The translations under genes and the position numbers were made by a program. Positions 38,290 through 50,414 of a stretch of DNA of 64,000 nucleotides are shown piece by piece (the stretch's first letter is position 1; the number at the start of each line of letters is the position of its first letter). Source of the stretch: Octopus sinensis (taxonomy: Eukaryota); assembly GCF_006345805.1 (NCBI RefSeq), contig NC_043006.1, positions 62,372,001-62,436,000 of the forward strand, in the 5' to 3' direction. The notes under the pieces are model-generated. The model had not been told where the DNA came from. It was given only the letters and a program-made list of their open reading frames with translations, and made no database searches.

Positions 38290-39342
38290 CTGAAAGCCCA
38301 ACGGCTTAGAAGATATGACAAAAGAAATAAATTTTATCGACAAAACAAGATATTCAAGGCGGATGCAAAGAAATGTTACAGGGAAATTGGTAAGCAAGAT
38401 AGAATTAAAGGAACCACCTAAGGCAGAGGAAATGGAAAACTTCTGCAAGAAGATACGGAGCAACAGAAAATATAAGGCTAAAGCTGACTGGATAGAGCGT
38501 GAGAAAGAGAGACTGGATGAAGTTGAAGAGCAGAAATGGGAGGGGATTGGAATAGAAGAGCTAAGATGTGTTCATAGGAAGTCTCACAAATGGAAAACCC
38601 CTGAGCTGGAACGAATTTCTAACTTCTGGTTAAATTGTTTGACAGAAGCACACCAAATTTGCGCTGCATCTCTGACTGATGTCATCCAGAACCCAGAGCA
38701 AATACCTGTCTGAGTGACCGAAAGAACAACATACCTTCTACCAAAATCTGAAAACTCAAAATTTCTAAAGAACTACCGATTAGTGACATGTTTCAAGACC
38801 ACTTACAAGAACCTCATATCCATATTAACTGACAGAATAAACACTTTCCTTGAACAGGCATCTATCATTCCACAAGCGAAAATGGTTGTAAAACGAATTC
38901 TTATGGGTGCAAAGATCAAGCAAATTGATTGTAGGGAATTGCTGGAAGCATCTGAGTATAGCATTGGTACATTACAGGAAAGCGTTTGATAGTGACCCAC
39001 ATAATTGGCTACTCAAGGCCCTTGAGATATATATTTAACTCTCCTGTCATCTCCAAATTTTTACACGGTAGCATGGCTAAGTGAAACACACGTCTCCTTC
39101 TAAACCATAGTAATGGGATGAGTCAAACTAACGACACCATCATCAAACAAAGCATCTTTCAATGTCACTTCCTCTCCATATTATTGTTTTGCATGGCACT
39201 GATCTCACTCTCAAACGAACTAAAGAACACAAATATGGTTTCAAAGTTTACTATACGACAATAAACCATATGTTTTATATAGAGGATCTGAAGGTGTTTG
39301 CAAGAAATGACGAAGAGCTAAAAGTGGGTCTTAATGGGTTTA
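38290..39342 (+). mobile_element. Dong/R4-clade LINE, third subfamily, RT N-terminal part
   Basis: ORFs 38315-38713 and 38714-38989 (ISNFWL, RTTYLLPK..NYRLVTC..YKNLISILTDRI), then MFYIEDLKVFARND. Confidence 0.85.
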
Positions 39343-39737
39343 CTAGTTGAGCATTTACCTTAGAGGCTGGCGATATGTGCATCTCTGATCGCGAGAAGAA
39401 GTACCAGGGGAGTATTATTATCATGTGTTGAGAGGAATTCTTTGTGATTTTAGATTATTCACCTTTGGAAACATGGGTGTTTCGTTCAACATCCTTAAAC
39501 AACCTTTATTAAGGGACCTTTTGAGCGGAATGGATTACTCAGCCTCAAAAATATCTAACTGGGTCTCACCTGCAAGGCCATGCGCTGTTTATCTTGATAC
39601 GAGATCACTATGTCACGCACATATGGTTATGATGCATGTTCCTGGTGTACTCTTATCAGACGGGTAGTCATGGTGGGTATATTGTTCTCCGTATATTTTA
39701 CGAGAGTGTCATTTTGATGGCATGCACTGCTCACTCA
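39343..39737 (+). mobile_element. AAT-N repeat, diverged and 5'-truncated
   Basis: Colinear with 40047-40443. Confidence 0.85.
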
Positions 39738-39982
39738 ATAATAATAAAGAACTCTTCCTAGTATAGGCACAGGGTATGAAATTTGCGGGAGGGAGCTAGT
39801 GGATTACATCGACACCAGTGCTCAACTAACTAGAACTTATTTCTTAGAAATGACGACTTTGCTAGTTGCCCTCGGTGGAATTTATTTTTCAGAACGCTAA
39901 GACGGACGACATGCTGCTAAGCACATTTCCCGGGGTGATAACGATTCCACCGCCTTCTTAATAATAATAATAATAATAATAA

Positions 39983-40443
39983 TATGAGCTACAGCAAATA
40001 TTCTGCTCAATACCACAGATTTGCTTGTCAGTTGTTTGACCTTAACCAGTTGAGCATGTCCCTCAGTGGCTGACGATATGTGCATCTCTGATCACGAGCA
40101 GAAGTAGTGGGGGAGCATCATAGCCATGTGTTGAGAGGGATTCTTTGGGGTTTGAATGATCCACCTCTGGAAACATGGGTGGTTCTTTCAACATCCTTAA
40201 ACAACCCTTATTCAGGGACCTTTTGAGCGGGATGGGCTACTCAACCTGAAGAAAATTCTAACTGGGCCCCACCTGCAAGGTCATGTGCTGTTTATCTTGA
40301 TATGAGATCACCATGTCGCGCACATATGGTTGTGATGCATGTGCCTGGTGTACCTTTATCAGACGGGTAGTCATGATGGGTATATTGGGCTTCGTATATT
40401 TTACCCCAGTGTCACTTTGATGGCATGCACTGCTCTCTCACTC
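39983..40443 (+). mobile_element. AAT-N repeat
   Basis: Near-identical to 41757-42212; (AAT)n on both sides. Confidence 0.9.
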
Positions 40444-40494
40444 CATAATAATAATAATAATAACAGTATCCCTTTCTATATAAGCACATAAACC

Positions 40495-41645
40495 CGCGCG
40501 CAGTCTTCGTAGTTTGATATTGCACTGGAAGCTTGAATTGGACAGAGGAAGAACTAAAGAGGATGGACAGGAAGTCAAGAAAGCTCGAAACGGTGCATGG
40601 TGCCCATCATCCACGTACATACACTGACCACCTATACATGAAGAGAGAAAATGGAGGAACGGGACGGATAAGTGTGGAAGACTCTGTGCGTGTCAAAATC
40701 AAGAGCTTAATGAAATATCTAACCCAAAATAAGCAACCCTCGGTAGCGATCGTTATGAACGAGCGTGCACTGAGAGCAGAAAAAAGAGAAAACAACGGAA
40801 GGAGTACAAAGAGGGCAGAAGAAGAATTACACAAGTCGGGACTGCACAGTCAGTTCCATATAAACACAACAGAAGTTACTGGAAAAATAGGTGGGATTGG
40901 CTGATGAAAGAAAACATGAAAAAAGAGACAGAGAGTATTATACTGGCAGCGCAAGGCCAAGATTTGGTTACGAACTGGATGGTCAACCTTAGGAATGGCC
41001 AAGTGTCTCCGCTGCCGCATCTGCAATAAAGTGGAAGAAACAATTGCCCATATCATGAACGAATGCCCTACACCTGCCCCAAATCACTACAAGTTGTGGC
41101 AACACAACCAGTCAGCCGAAGTGCTACATTGGAAACTGTGCGAAAAGTGGAGACTAGAGAGAGGTAAGACGTTGTATAAGCACAAACCGCAGCGTGGCAG
41201 AGTCGGAGACAAGTAAAATCCTCTGGGACTTCCCAACCAAAACAGATCAGGTGATAGAGTATAACAGACCGAAAAAAGTGGTGGACAAGGTGCACCACAT
41301 ATGCTATACAGTTGATGCTTCATGCCCCTTTGACCCCGGAATAGTGAACATGAAGGGGAAAAGATAGGTACAATTCTCTAAGCCCGGCTATGGAAACTGA
41401 AGGATGTGAATAGTGACAGTTATTGTTGGATCTTTGGGAACACTATCAGAAGGCATCAAGAGGAACATTAAGGAAATCGGAACAGACTGCTCAGTAGAAT
41501 TTTTACTAAATGTTTGCCTCCTTGACATGCCTAGAGTATTCGGGAAAGTCTTAGATAGCTGAAAAGAACGAATAGCATGGTACCGTAGACTGCAGAGAGT
41601 AAGGCAGCTGCGCATGCAAGACTCCAGAAGCTCCAGTAACTCTGT
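40495..41645 (+). mobile_element. Dong/R4-clade LINE, third subfamily, 3' part continuing 38290-39342
   Basis: NWTEEELKRMDRKSRK..HHPR..DHLYMKRENGG; CRICNKVEETIAHI..C; (AAT)n tail 41646-41720. Confidence 0.85.
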
Positions 41646-41655
41646 GATAAAGAGA

Positions 41656-41721
<66 letters not shown>

Positions 41722-41722
<1 letters not shown>

Positions 41723-42212
41723 GAAGACAAACCATTGTTTTGTCTTGGTATAAAAGATGGGCTACAGCAAATATTCTGCTCAATACCATAGATTTGCTTG
41801 TCAGTTGTTTGACCTTAACCAGTTGAGCATGTCCCTTAGTGGCTGACGATATGTGCATCTCTGATCACGAGCAGAAGTAGTGGGGGAGCATCATAGCCAT
41901 GTGTTGAGAGGGATTCTTTGGGGTTTGAATAATTCACCTCTGGAAACATGGGTGGTTCTTTCAACATCCTTAAACAACCCTTATTCAGGGACCGCTTGAG
42001 CGGGATGGGCTACTCAACCTGAAGAAAATTCTAACTGGGCCCCTGCATGGTCATGTGCTGTTTATCTTGATATGAGATCACCATGTCGCGCACATATGGT
42101 TGTGATGCATGTGCCCGGTGTGCCCTTATCAGACGGGTAGTCATGATGGGTATATTGGGCTTCGTATATTTTACCACAGTGTCACTTTGATGGCATGAAC
42201 TTCTCTCTCACT
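41722..42212 (+). mobile_element. AAT-N repeat
   Basis: Matches 39983-40443 and the reverse complement of 27780-27950; (AAT)n tail. Confidence 0.9.
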
Positions 42213-42439
42213 CAATAATAATAATAATAATAATTTGGGAACAAAGCCAGCGAGTACGTGGGATTGAGTAGATAGTTATGCGTATGTATGTACGTGTGTG
42301 TATACAAGAATGTGCATGTGTATGCATGGCTATATGATAATATTTTGAGTGGGTATGTGTGTGTGCATGCGTACGTACATGTATATATGTATAAACATAT
42401 GCATATGTCTATATGTAAGTATCCATATATCTATATATG

Positions 42440-42945
42440 TAAATACATTAAAAAGACCTCTAAAAGAAGAAGCATGTACTAGATACAAAAAAGTGGATAA
42501 ATTCAATGAAATGAAAATCAAAAACGTTTACAAACTAGGCTCATCTTATACTGCGGTTTCGTCTTTTTTTAGCAGAAAAATATAATTTATCTGCCAAGGC
42601 TAGACTCTTCAGTAAGCAGCCTTTGTTATCCTAGAAGTACATATCGTTAGAAGCATGTGCAATTCTACCGACTTGCATTCTCTAACTTTTCAGACCAGTG
42701 CGCAGACGCGAAACATACCCGGCGAACAGAGAGGATGCCGGTATAAGGTCTACGAGCAAATTTATCGAGTAATATGTAAACATAGTAAAAAGGGTAATAA
42801 AATAAATTATTATTACCAGTGATCTAGCACAAAAGACAAATTAGTCATTAGACTATATGTTATTCATATATAAGTACTTTAAAATGCCTCTAAAAGAAGA
42901 AGCAAGTACTAGATACACAAAAAGTGGATAAATTTAATGAAATTT
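42440..42945 (-). mobile_element. Retrozyme/pLTR-like unit of about 430 nt with terminal redundancy and one hammerhead
   Basis: About 70-bp direct repeat 42440-42512 / 42871-42943 (period 430); HHR at 42616-42545; several hairpins. Confidence 0.65.
42545..42616 (-). ncRNA. Type I hammerhead ribozyme with extended stem II, predicted cut GUA|U between 42549 and 42548
   Basis: Stem I CTTA/TAAG; core CTGAAGA 42612-42606; stem II GTCT/AGAC plus GGCAGA/TCTGCT; GAAA 42560-42557; stem III AC-CGCA-GT. Confidence 0.8.
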
Positions 42946-43429
42946 ATGTTGATAGTTGTATACAATTATGCATGTTGTGATATGTGCTGTACCACGTAAA
43001 TCGATAGATAGATAGTTTGTGTGTATATATAGTTGTAGGGTATATCATTGTAATCGAATGTATATGTCTATAAATGTGTGTATTCTAGCGTGGAATGATG
43101 ATGAGCTTTATGTTGTTCTACCACGAATCTGATGTGTCATACTGCCCTTCCTAGATAGATTTTGGATGGCTTGCCTGCTTCCCGCTGGTCTTCACAGCGG
43201 GACATGTTTATAAATTAATTAAGTTCTCAGCTTGAAAAATGGACTGCTTTGACACTTTGCTCCTTCTCTATTTTCGCCCTGAATTCCATTGTTCTCTTTT
43301 AAATTATCACATGTTCATCTTGCTAGCTGGTGAATGGGTCATCTTCTAGAGGTTCTCTTACCTGTTTATATATTTTTCAAAATGAATGGTGGATTTATGC
43401 TGTGATGTAATATATGAATTCATCAAGTA

Positions 43430-44230
43430 AATGCTACCAAAACCGTGCCAGGAAATATTAAACCGTTTTCTGTTATTTTATACCAGCGACACGCCTGGAA
43501 CCAGCACGGGATCAATGTATGGTTTATAATGTATTTGGTACATTCATATACATAATACCTGCAGTACAATGCCAACAAATGACATCTAATGGTTGGTTTA
43601 CCTAACTGTGAACTCAATATTATGAACGTTTGTGTGATATGTGGCATTTGGTGACCTCAACAGTGTTTCTTGTTGCCAGTTTGGTTTATCTGGAACTCTT
43701 GACAGGAAGATGTCCGGTTCCGTTTTGAAGATACTTACATCGACACCATGTAGGTGAGTTAGTCTTTTGAGGAGGTAACTGAATACATGTGAGCACTTGA
43801 AACCCAAGCTCTTGCAGAATATGATTATGTATCGTAATGGGAATATTTGGATCGTTGGCACTATGCACTGGTGTCTCATTCTGCTTTTTTGCGTAACTTT
43901 CAGACAAACTCTGGTAACGCCCTTCCAGGATTTTCTGGATGTATACAAATGCATATCTTTCCAGCCTTCGTTCTGAGGAGTATTTGGAATGTTGCATTGG
44001 GACGATCTGCTTTGTGTAGCTTGGATGGATTGCTTCTTGTCCTGTAATTAATTTTACATTGTTTGGTGACATTTTTTGGTGCAGTTGGCAAAGTGGCTGA
44101 GGACTTATGTCCTCCAGAGAACCATTATACTTTACTCTTCTATTGTTCTGAGAGATCTAAGGATACACCTAGTCATTTTGTTGCCAACTCCGTAATATGC
44201 ATTATGCCAATGCACAGGCTGCACACTAAA
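43430..44230 (-). mobile_element. CR1/L2-group LINE 3' part, degenerate
   Basis: Peptides ERRLERYAFVYIQKILEG, HGVDVSIFKTE.DIFLSRVPDKP and LLRSPN. Confidence 0.75.
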
Positions 44231-44309
44231 TTTTGATTCATTGATCGCAACCCCTCCCGAGCCAGTGTTTCCTATCAGCATTTCATTCAGTTTCGTGTAC
44301 TGCTAGAAG

Positions 44310-44640
44310 TATAGGCGCAATGGCCCAATGTTTAGGGCAGCGGACACGCAGTTGTAGGATCGCGATTTCGATTCCCAGACCGGGCGTTGTATTTCGTGAG
44401 CGAAAATACCTAAAGCTCCACGAGGCCGTACTCTTTCACCACGACTCCCTCTCACTCTTTCTTCCTGTTTCACTTGTACCTGTATTTCAAAGGGCCAGCA
44501 TTGTCACACTCTATGTCACACTGAACTTTCCCGGAAACTACGTTCAGTGTACACCTATTTGCACGTTAATTTAATGAGCAGGCTTTTCCGTTAATCGGAT
44601 CGACTGGAACCCTTGCCGTCGTAACCGACGGAGTGCCACG
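44310..44640 (+). mobile_element. tRNA-derived SINE (family C/D type)
   Basis: Head GGCGCAATGGCCCAATG..TTTCGATTCCCAGACCGGG; its 3' part recurs inverted at 45220-45330. Confidence 0.75.
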
Positions 44641-44864
44641 ACTGCTACATCAGGACATAGACATTTCTAGCATTAAACTGAGTGCTGGTGTCCTCAGCCA
44701 CCTGCATATTGCGCCGCCCAACTTTTGTTGCACATGCTTCTGTATCATCTGCATAACTAGCTATCTAAGCATCTCAGGGCATATCTGAGAAAACCACTAT
44801 GAATAGTAGTTGGCCGAAGATAGTGCCCTACATGTTGGTATGCCTAGATTTAATGAATCATTTA

Positions 44865-44907
<43 letters not shown>

Positions 44908-44915
<8 letters not shown>

Positions 44916-45197
44916 GGACTCTCCTGTCGTTAGACGTCGTATGAGGGTTCGACAATTTCTTACCGAACAACCATACAGATGATTTGTTTATAGTAAATAA
45001 ATGTTTGTGCAGACATAGGCTCACGCGCTCCATCAAATCGGCATCACCTGTACAGGTGCAACTGGGTGTCACTTGTACAGGTGCAACGTGAAATTAAGTG
45101 ATTTGCACAAGAACACAACGCTCCGCCCGGTCTGGGATCGAACCCACCATCTGGCAACATGGGTTGAAGACCTTAACTACTAAACCATGCGCCTTCA
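44908..45197 (-). mobile_element. tRNA-derived SINE family E
   Basis: Minus head GGCGCATGGTTTAGTAGTTAAG..GGTTCGATCCC followed by a TTGTGTTCTTGTGCAA core-like segment. Confidence 0.7.
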
Positions 45198-46397
45198 CTA
45201 TATATATATGTATATATATCCAGCTGATCCGATCAATGGAATAGCCTGCTCATGAAATTAACGTGCAAATGGCTGAAAACTCCACAGACACGTGTATCCT
45301 TAACGTAGTTCCCGGGGAGACTCGGTGTGACATATATATATATATATAAACAAGAGTTTGTGTGTGTCTTGTTGCGTGCGCACGCGTATGTTCCCTATGG
45401 ATTCGAAAACTGCGTTGCTGATTTTGACGTCTACCAAATAAAGTATATTTTTGCACAATACATTTTACTACAAAAATATGCTCAAAAATGAGGTCGGGTC
45501 ACACAATTTTGAATTATTTTGCGAAGGGAGGCAACTCTGCCTGAACGATCTGAGCTTTACCAGAGAATGAATCTTCGAAGTAATTTAGTATGTATTTTAA
45601 TGCAAATTATGTTTGTGTTTTGTTTAGCCCAGAGGTGCCACTGACGTAGCAGTACCATTGCATATTTTTTCTCATTCCTGGAATACTGTACATCTGTCTT
45701 TCGTTTGAAAAAAGGGTGTGTTCTAAGAGAGATTTGGCGGCTGTTTATAGAAGCTCAAGTTACCACAGCTACGCCTCTGTGTTTGGAGGGTGTTTTGTTG
45801 AGGTGAAAAATAATTTTTCCGTTGAATATTTTGCACAATAATTTAAAAAGAAATTTGGACATCTTCCTCACTGCTAACCATTCGACTTCAAATTACAATT
45901 GTTAATTGTTTGAAGTCAAGTAGACTGAGATGTACATATAGCGTCATCGCGTACAATACAAGTTCAACACGAAGTTTGGAACGCATTATCTAGTGGATAG
46001 TAAGACATTACCTTAAATTTGAAGACATTAAATATTTAACATTATTTTACTGGGTTTAGTCTTTCGACTGTCCTCATGATGAGGTATCGCCTTCACAAAT
46101 TTAATTGATCATACTGACCTCAGTACGTATTTCAATCTGGCATTTATTTTATGGATCACTTCTTCATGGACTGCTAACTTTGAGACATAGTGGGACACAA
46201 TACCCGATTTAATAAGTGTTTTCTACAATAGCCCTAGGCCAACCATAGACTTGTGACTGAATTTAGTGGACAGAAACTGCAACGTTGTTGATCAGAAAAT
46301 GACCGACCAAAAATCATGTTTATAAAGAAGAGTTACTTGAATCAGACTCCCCGTGTGCCGATTCTGCCCATAAAAATGAAGAAATAATACAATGTTG

Positions 46398-46429
<32 letters not shown>

Positions 46430-46514
46430 TGTGTGTGGATATATACATATATATATATATATATTATTATATTATATTATATTATATTATAATGTTATAT
46501 CATATTAGTGGGGA

Positions 46515-46725
46515 AATGCGGCGCTGGCAGAAACGTTAGCACGCCGGGCGAAATGCTTAGTGGTATTCCGTCTGCCTTTATGTTCTGAGTTGAAATTCCA
46601 CCGAGGTCAACATTGCTTTTCGCTTTTCATCCTTTCTGAGTCGATAAATTATGTACCAGTTGCATACTGGGGTCGATCAAATCGACTGGCCCGCTCCCTC
46701 ACAATTTCGGGCTTTGTGCCTAGAA
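46515..46725 (+). mobile_element. SINE family B
   Basis: Same head and body as 15562-15792. Confidence 0.85.
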
Positions 46726-47123
46726 TACAAATGTATATCAGAGGAAAAATCAAAACCAAGGCAGAAGTAGTATCTCAACTCATTTATAATAATTTAATTA
46801 GAGTGAAGTGATTTTGAAGTATTACAGCTATTTCTAGGATAATCCAAGTGGTTGGATAGCACGTCCGTGCACTGGGTAGTCTTTCATCAGAAGCAAAAAT
46901 ATTTTAGACGGGGGAAATTTACAGCTTACAATTTAGAGTTTCTAAGGATTAAAACAGAATAAAGTAAAATAGAAGAATAAAGAATAAAAGTAGGTAGAAG
47001 AATGTAGGCAGGGGCATAATGTTCATAGCTCATGTCTTCCAGAGGATATGGATGTTGGTCGGTAAACTTACCCATCGTACCTATTCGTTTAGATTACTAG
47101 TGCACTATAACCCACATATTCTT

Positions 47124-47200
<77 letters not shown>

Positions 47201-47262
47201 ATGTATTTGGGCGTGTATATGTAGAACATAAATACTTACACACACACACACATATATATATA

Positions 47263-47377
47263 TTATAGAAGGAGCTTCTACAGGACTAGAACTGTTTCAT
47301 TCAAATGAAATCATCAGGCTTCCTGATGATTTCATTTGAATGAAACAGTTCTAGTCCTGTAGAAGCTCCTTCTATAA
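47263..47377. repeat. Perfect 56-bp inverted repeat with 3-nt loop (CTT)
   Basis: 47263-47318 is the exact reverse complement of 47322-47377. Confidence 0.97.
47317..47367 (+). ncRNA. Type I hammerhead ribozyme, predicted cut GUA|G after 47361
   Basis: Stem I GGCTTC/GAAGCT; core CTGATGA 47323-47329; weak stem II (T.T)TTC-ATTT-GAA; GAAA 47342-47345; stem III ACAG/CTGT with 8-nt loop. Confidence 0.7.
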
Positions 47378-47564
47378 AATAAATTAATTTACTCTGCTAT
47401 GTATTGAGTACCTTATTTACTGTGGTTAACCCCGACTCAACCCGGGACCTACATATATATATATATATATATATAATATTATATTATATTAAATTATACT
47501 TATATATATACATACATTTGTCATTGACTTTATGTTGGTTTCAAGTTTTGTAACAAGGCCAGTA

Positions 47565-47730
47565 GGTTTAAGTCGATTGTACCACCACAGTGCTCATCTG
47601 GTATATATTTTATCGACCACGAAACGATAAAAGGGGCATTCTACCTCGGCGGAACTTGAACGTAATAAAACGGACAAAGTGTCGCTAAGTATTTCATCCA
47701 GTGTGCTAAACGATTCTGCCATCTCGCCTG
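47565..47730 (-). mobile_element. SINE family B, degenerate
   Basis: ACCTCGGCGGAACTTGAAC and GCTAAACGATTCTGCCATCTCGCC remnants. Confidence 0.7.
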
Positions 47731-48757
47731 GTATTGAAAGTATATTAGAAGCAAAATAAAACGGAAAACAGAAATGCAAATAAACAAGCAATGAACTAAC
47801 AGTCAGAAACACAGCCCATTGTATTTTGGTGTTGTTGCATGCATTTTACATTAACGATAAAGCTGCTTTAATCCCTGCGATACAGAAGGAGGATCTATCG
47901 TCTCAGTAGTCCTCATTTCTAATAGAAGGTTATAAAAATCAACAGTAAAATTCTGTCATTCAAGAATCAAACGCGGGAAGGCGTGAAAGGTTGATGATGC
48001 ACAGAAGTTTATTATTCCAAACCACACATTAATGGCAATAAGTGCATGTTAAAATTCCTTAATAAGATGAGTGATAACAGTTTGGTTTGTAGTTGATCAT
48101 ATTGTCGCTTCGACCAATTTTGGTTCAGTAAGATACAATTGCGCAGTGTTCTTCCAGGTCTGCACACAAGTTTGAAGCTGAAGACTTCCGGAACCATCCT
48201 CTACCTGTCCCTGTTACGTCTTTACCCATCGCTACTGAAAGTTTGGAGAAAGCGCGAAGGTATGAAGGTATTGATGCTAGTGGTTCAATTTGCCAAACAA
48301 GCTGCAGGATGAATATTGTTATAGAGGATATGGTTTGTGCAGAGACTGTCCCACTCTCTCGTTCTTAAAATGTGTATTGGTCTCGTGCAGTATGTAGTTA
48401 TGTAGATGCAAAATTTGTATGAAGTTACCTTTTCTTAGATGCGCTGCTAAGGAGCAAACGGGCATTAACGACCCAGAGTTCGTTGAGGCATCTGAGAGTG
48501 ACATTTATCTGGAGATGATGCAAATGTAAACTGCATTTAGTAGTGAGGCCTTGGTTCGGGAGTTAGAGGGTTTAGTGATGTGTATTCCAAGATATACCCT
48601 GGACCGAATTAGTAGCGCCTCCCAGGATCCCACCTACGGGATAATTAGACGGAACAGAGGATTAAGGTGAGACAAAGATCGCATCAGTACAAAACATTGT
48701 AAATATATTTATTTATTCAAACTATAATTGCAATCGTTAACAATAAAATTTCCTTAC

Positions 48758-48797
48758 CTTGAAACCAATTGTCTAGTTCCACGGGTAAAAAACCCAG
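48758..48797 (-). other. Candidate 40-nt exon
   Basis: Acceptor tttattttctaaaatag and donor AAG|GTAAGG; two open frames (LGFLPVELDNWFQ; GFFTRGTRQLVS). Confidence 0.25.
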
Positions 48798-50414
48798 CTA
48801 TTTTAGAAAATAAATATATTTGAAGTGCCTTTCAACGTCGTCTTTTGAATATTTTTTCCACTGGTAACTTGCTCAAACGACATAAATAAGTGAAAATTTG
48901 ATGTGTTAAATTGGCTCAGTAGGAAGAGTGAGATAAACCTTCCCATACTGAAGAATTGATATTTCCTTGGGTTCTCTTCCCTGAATGTAGACTTGCATTA
49001 TCAGGTTGCAAAATGAAGTACCCACTTGAATTGGCTACACATTTCCTACATGAGATTAGCGTGCACAGTGAAACAGATACTAAGCTTCCGGATAAATCTC
49101 CGATATTTTGGCGCAGATTCTACTCAGTTTCTGTTTGCGCTGCTTCATTAAGGGGGGCAATTAGTCTTCCTGGTCGATACCTATGCAAAAGAGAACGAAA
49201 TCCCTGTCTGAATTAGTTAAACAACCTTTGAAACCTCCGATTATTCACCTCATCCGGATCATATCGTACGTATGTTTTTTCCTTCCACCCGTTGAATTGC
49301 CCTTACAAAATTCCTAAAGCATGTAATGCCGAATATGATTCTCACTGAATTTATTGTTTTACATGGGCTATCAGATAGAATCTATACATACAGCGCGTGT
49401 TCATTAACTCATTGGTCATTAACTCTATGCTGATTGGTTCCTTGCAAGAGCAACCTTTGTTGGCTTGTAAGTTATTTGTGATATCATATCAGATTATTTG
49501 CTTGAAAACGCAACGCTGCACGCGATTTATACAAAAGAAACTGAACTTTTTGTAAATATATTTATTAATTTATTTATAGCTGTCTCATGTTTATCTCCTT
49601 AAATATATTCCATTCATTTCTGTATACGCAACTCCCTACAGTTTACAAACACAATACAGCCACAGTCCACATGTGCTATCGTATATATTATCGGTGAGAA
49701 TTTTTCCTCTCTTTTTTGTCCACATTTTCATTTTATGAAGCTTTTATCACCTTTCGTATAATCAATCAGCACAAGATTGAGTATGCCCCGGTTCTATTTT
49801 TTCTTCATCTATCATAAAATGCAGCAAATTATTTCGGGTTTGTGAAACATCTCCAGTTTTGTTCTTAAAAATATACCCCAGCTTTTACGAAGTTGAACGG
49901 AAACTATACAGATTCTAATGAATTACAACATGCAATTTCGCAATGTGATATTCCTGGTTTGTTGTGAAATATTCTCCGTATTCTGTAATGTTCGTCTCAA
50001 CGTGGAATAGATATTTGACAAAACGCATTAGACAGGCAAAACATTCATTGATTATCTTGTGAAACTGGTCAGGCTTGACATATATATAGAGGTGTGATGT
50101 GGAAATTAGTAAACTGAATTCTTAAATCATCCATACACAGTACTGCATCCACGAGCTATCTGAGAAATCAGAATTCTATTTCTACAGACCCGGTATATAG
50201 GCACATATATATATATATGCGAGTGCATCAGTGTGTTCATGCATATCTGTGTATTAATGTATATGCACACTTTCACGCACATACACAGACACACGTTCAT
50301 GTACACGCACGCCTACGCACATACCAACACGTGTGTTCAGCTTAAAACACCATATTTCTATTATCTTATTTGCTGATATATAGAATGGGTTCATAGTCTA
50401 GTACTTCTTGAAGA

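Noticed and set aside
46830-46895. Minus-strand CTGATGA...GAAA
   Set aside because: No closing stem II; the GAAA belongs to a SINE-tail-like segment.
48000-48620. Minus-strand YLGIHIT peptide suggesting an old LINE RT
   Set aside because: Too degenerate to assign a family.
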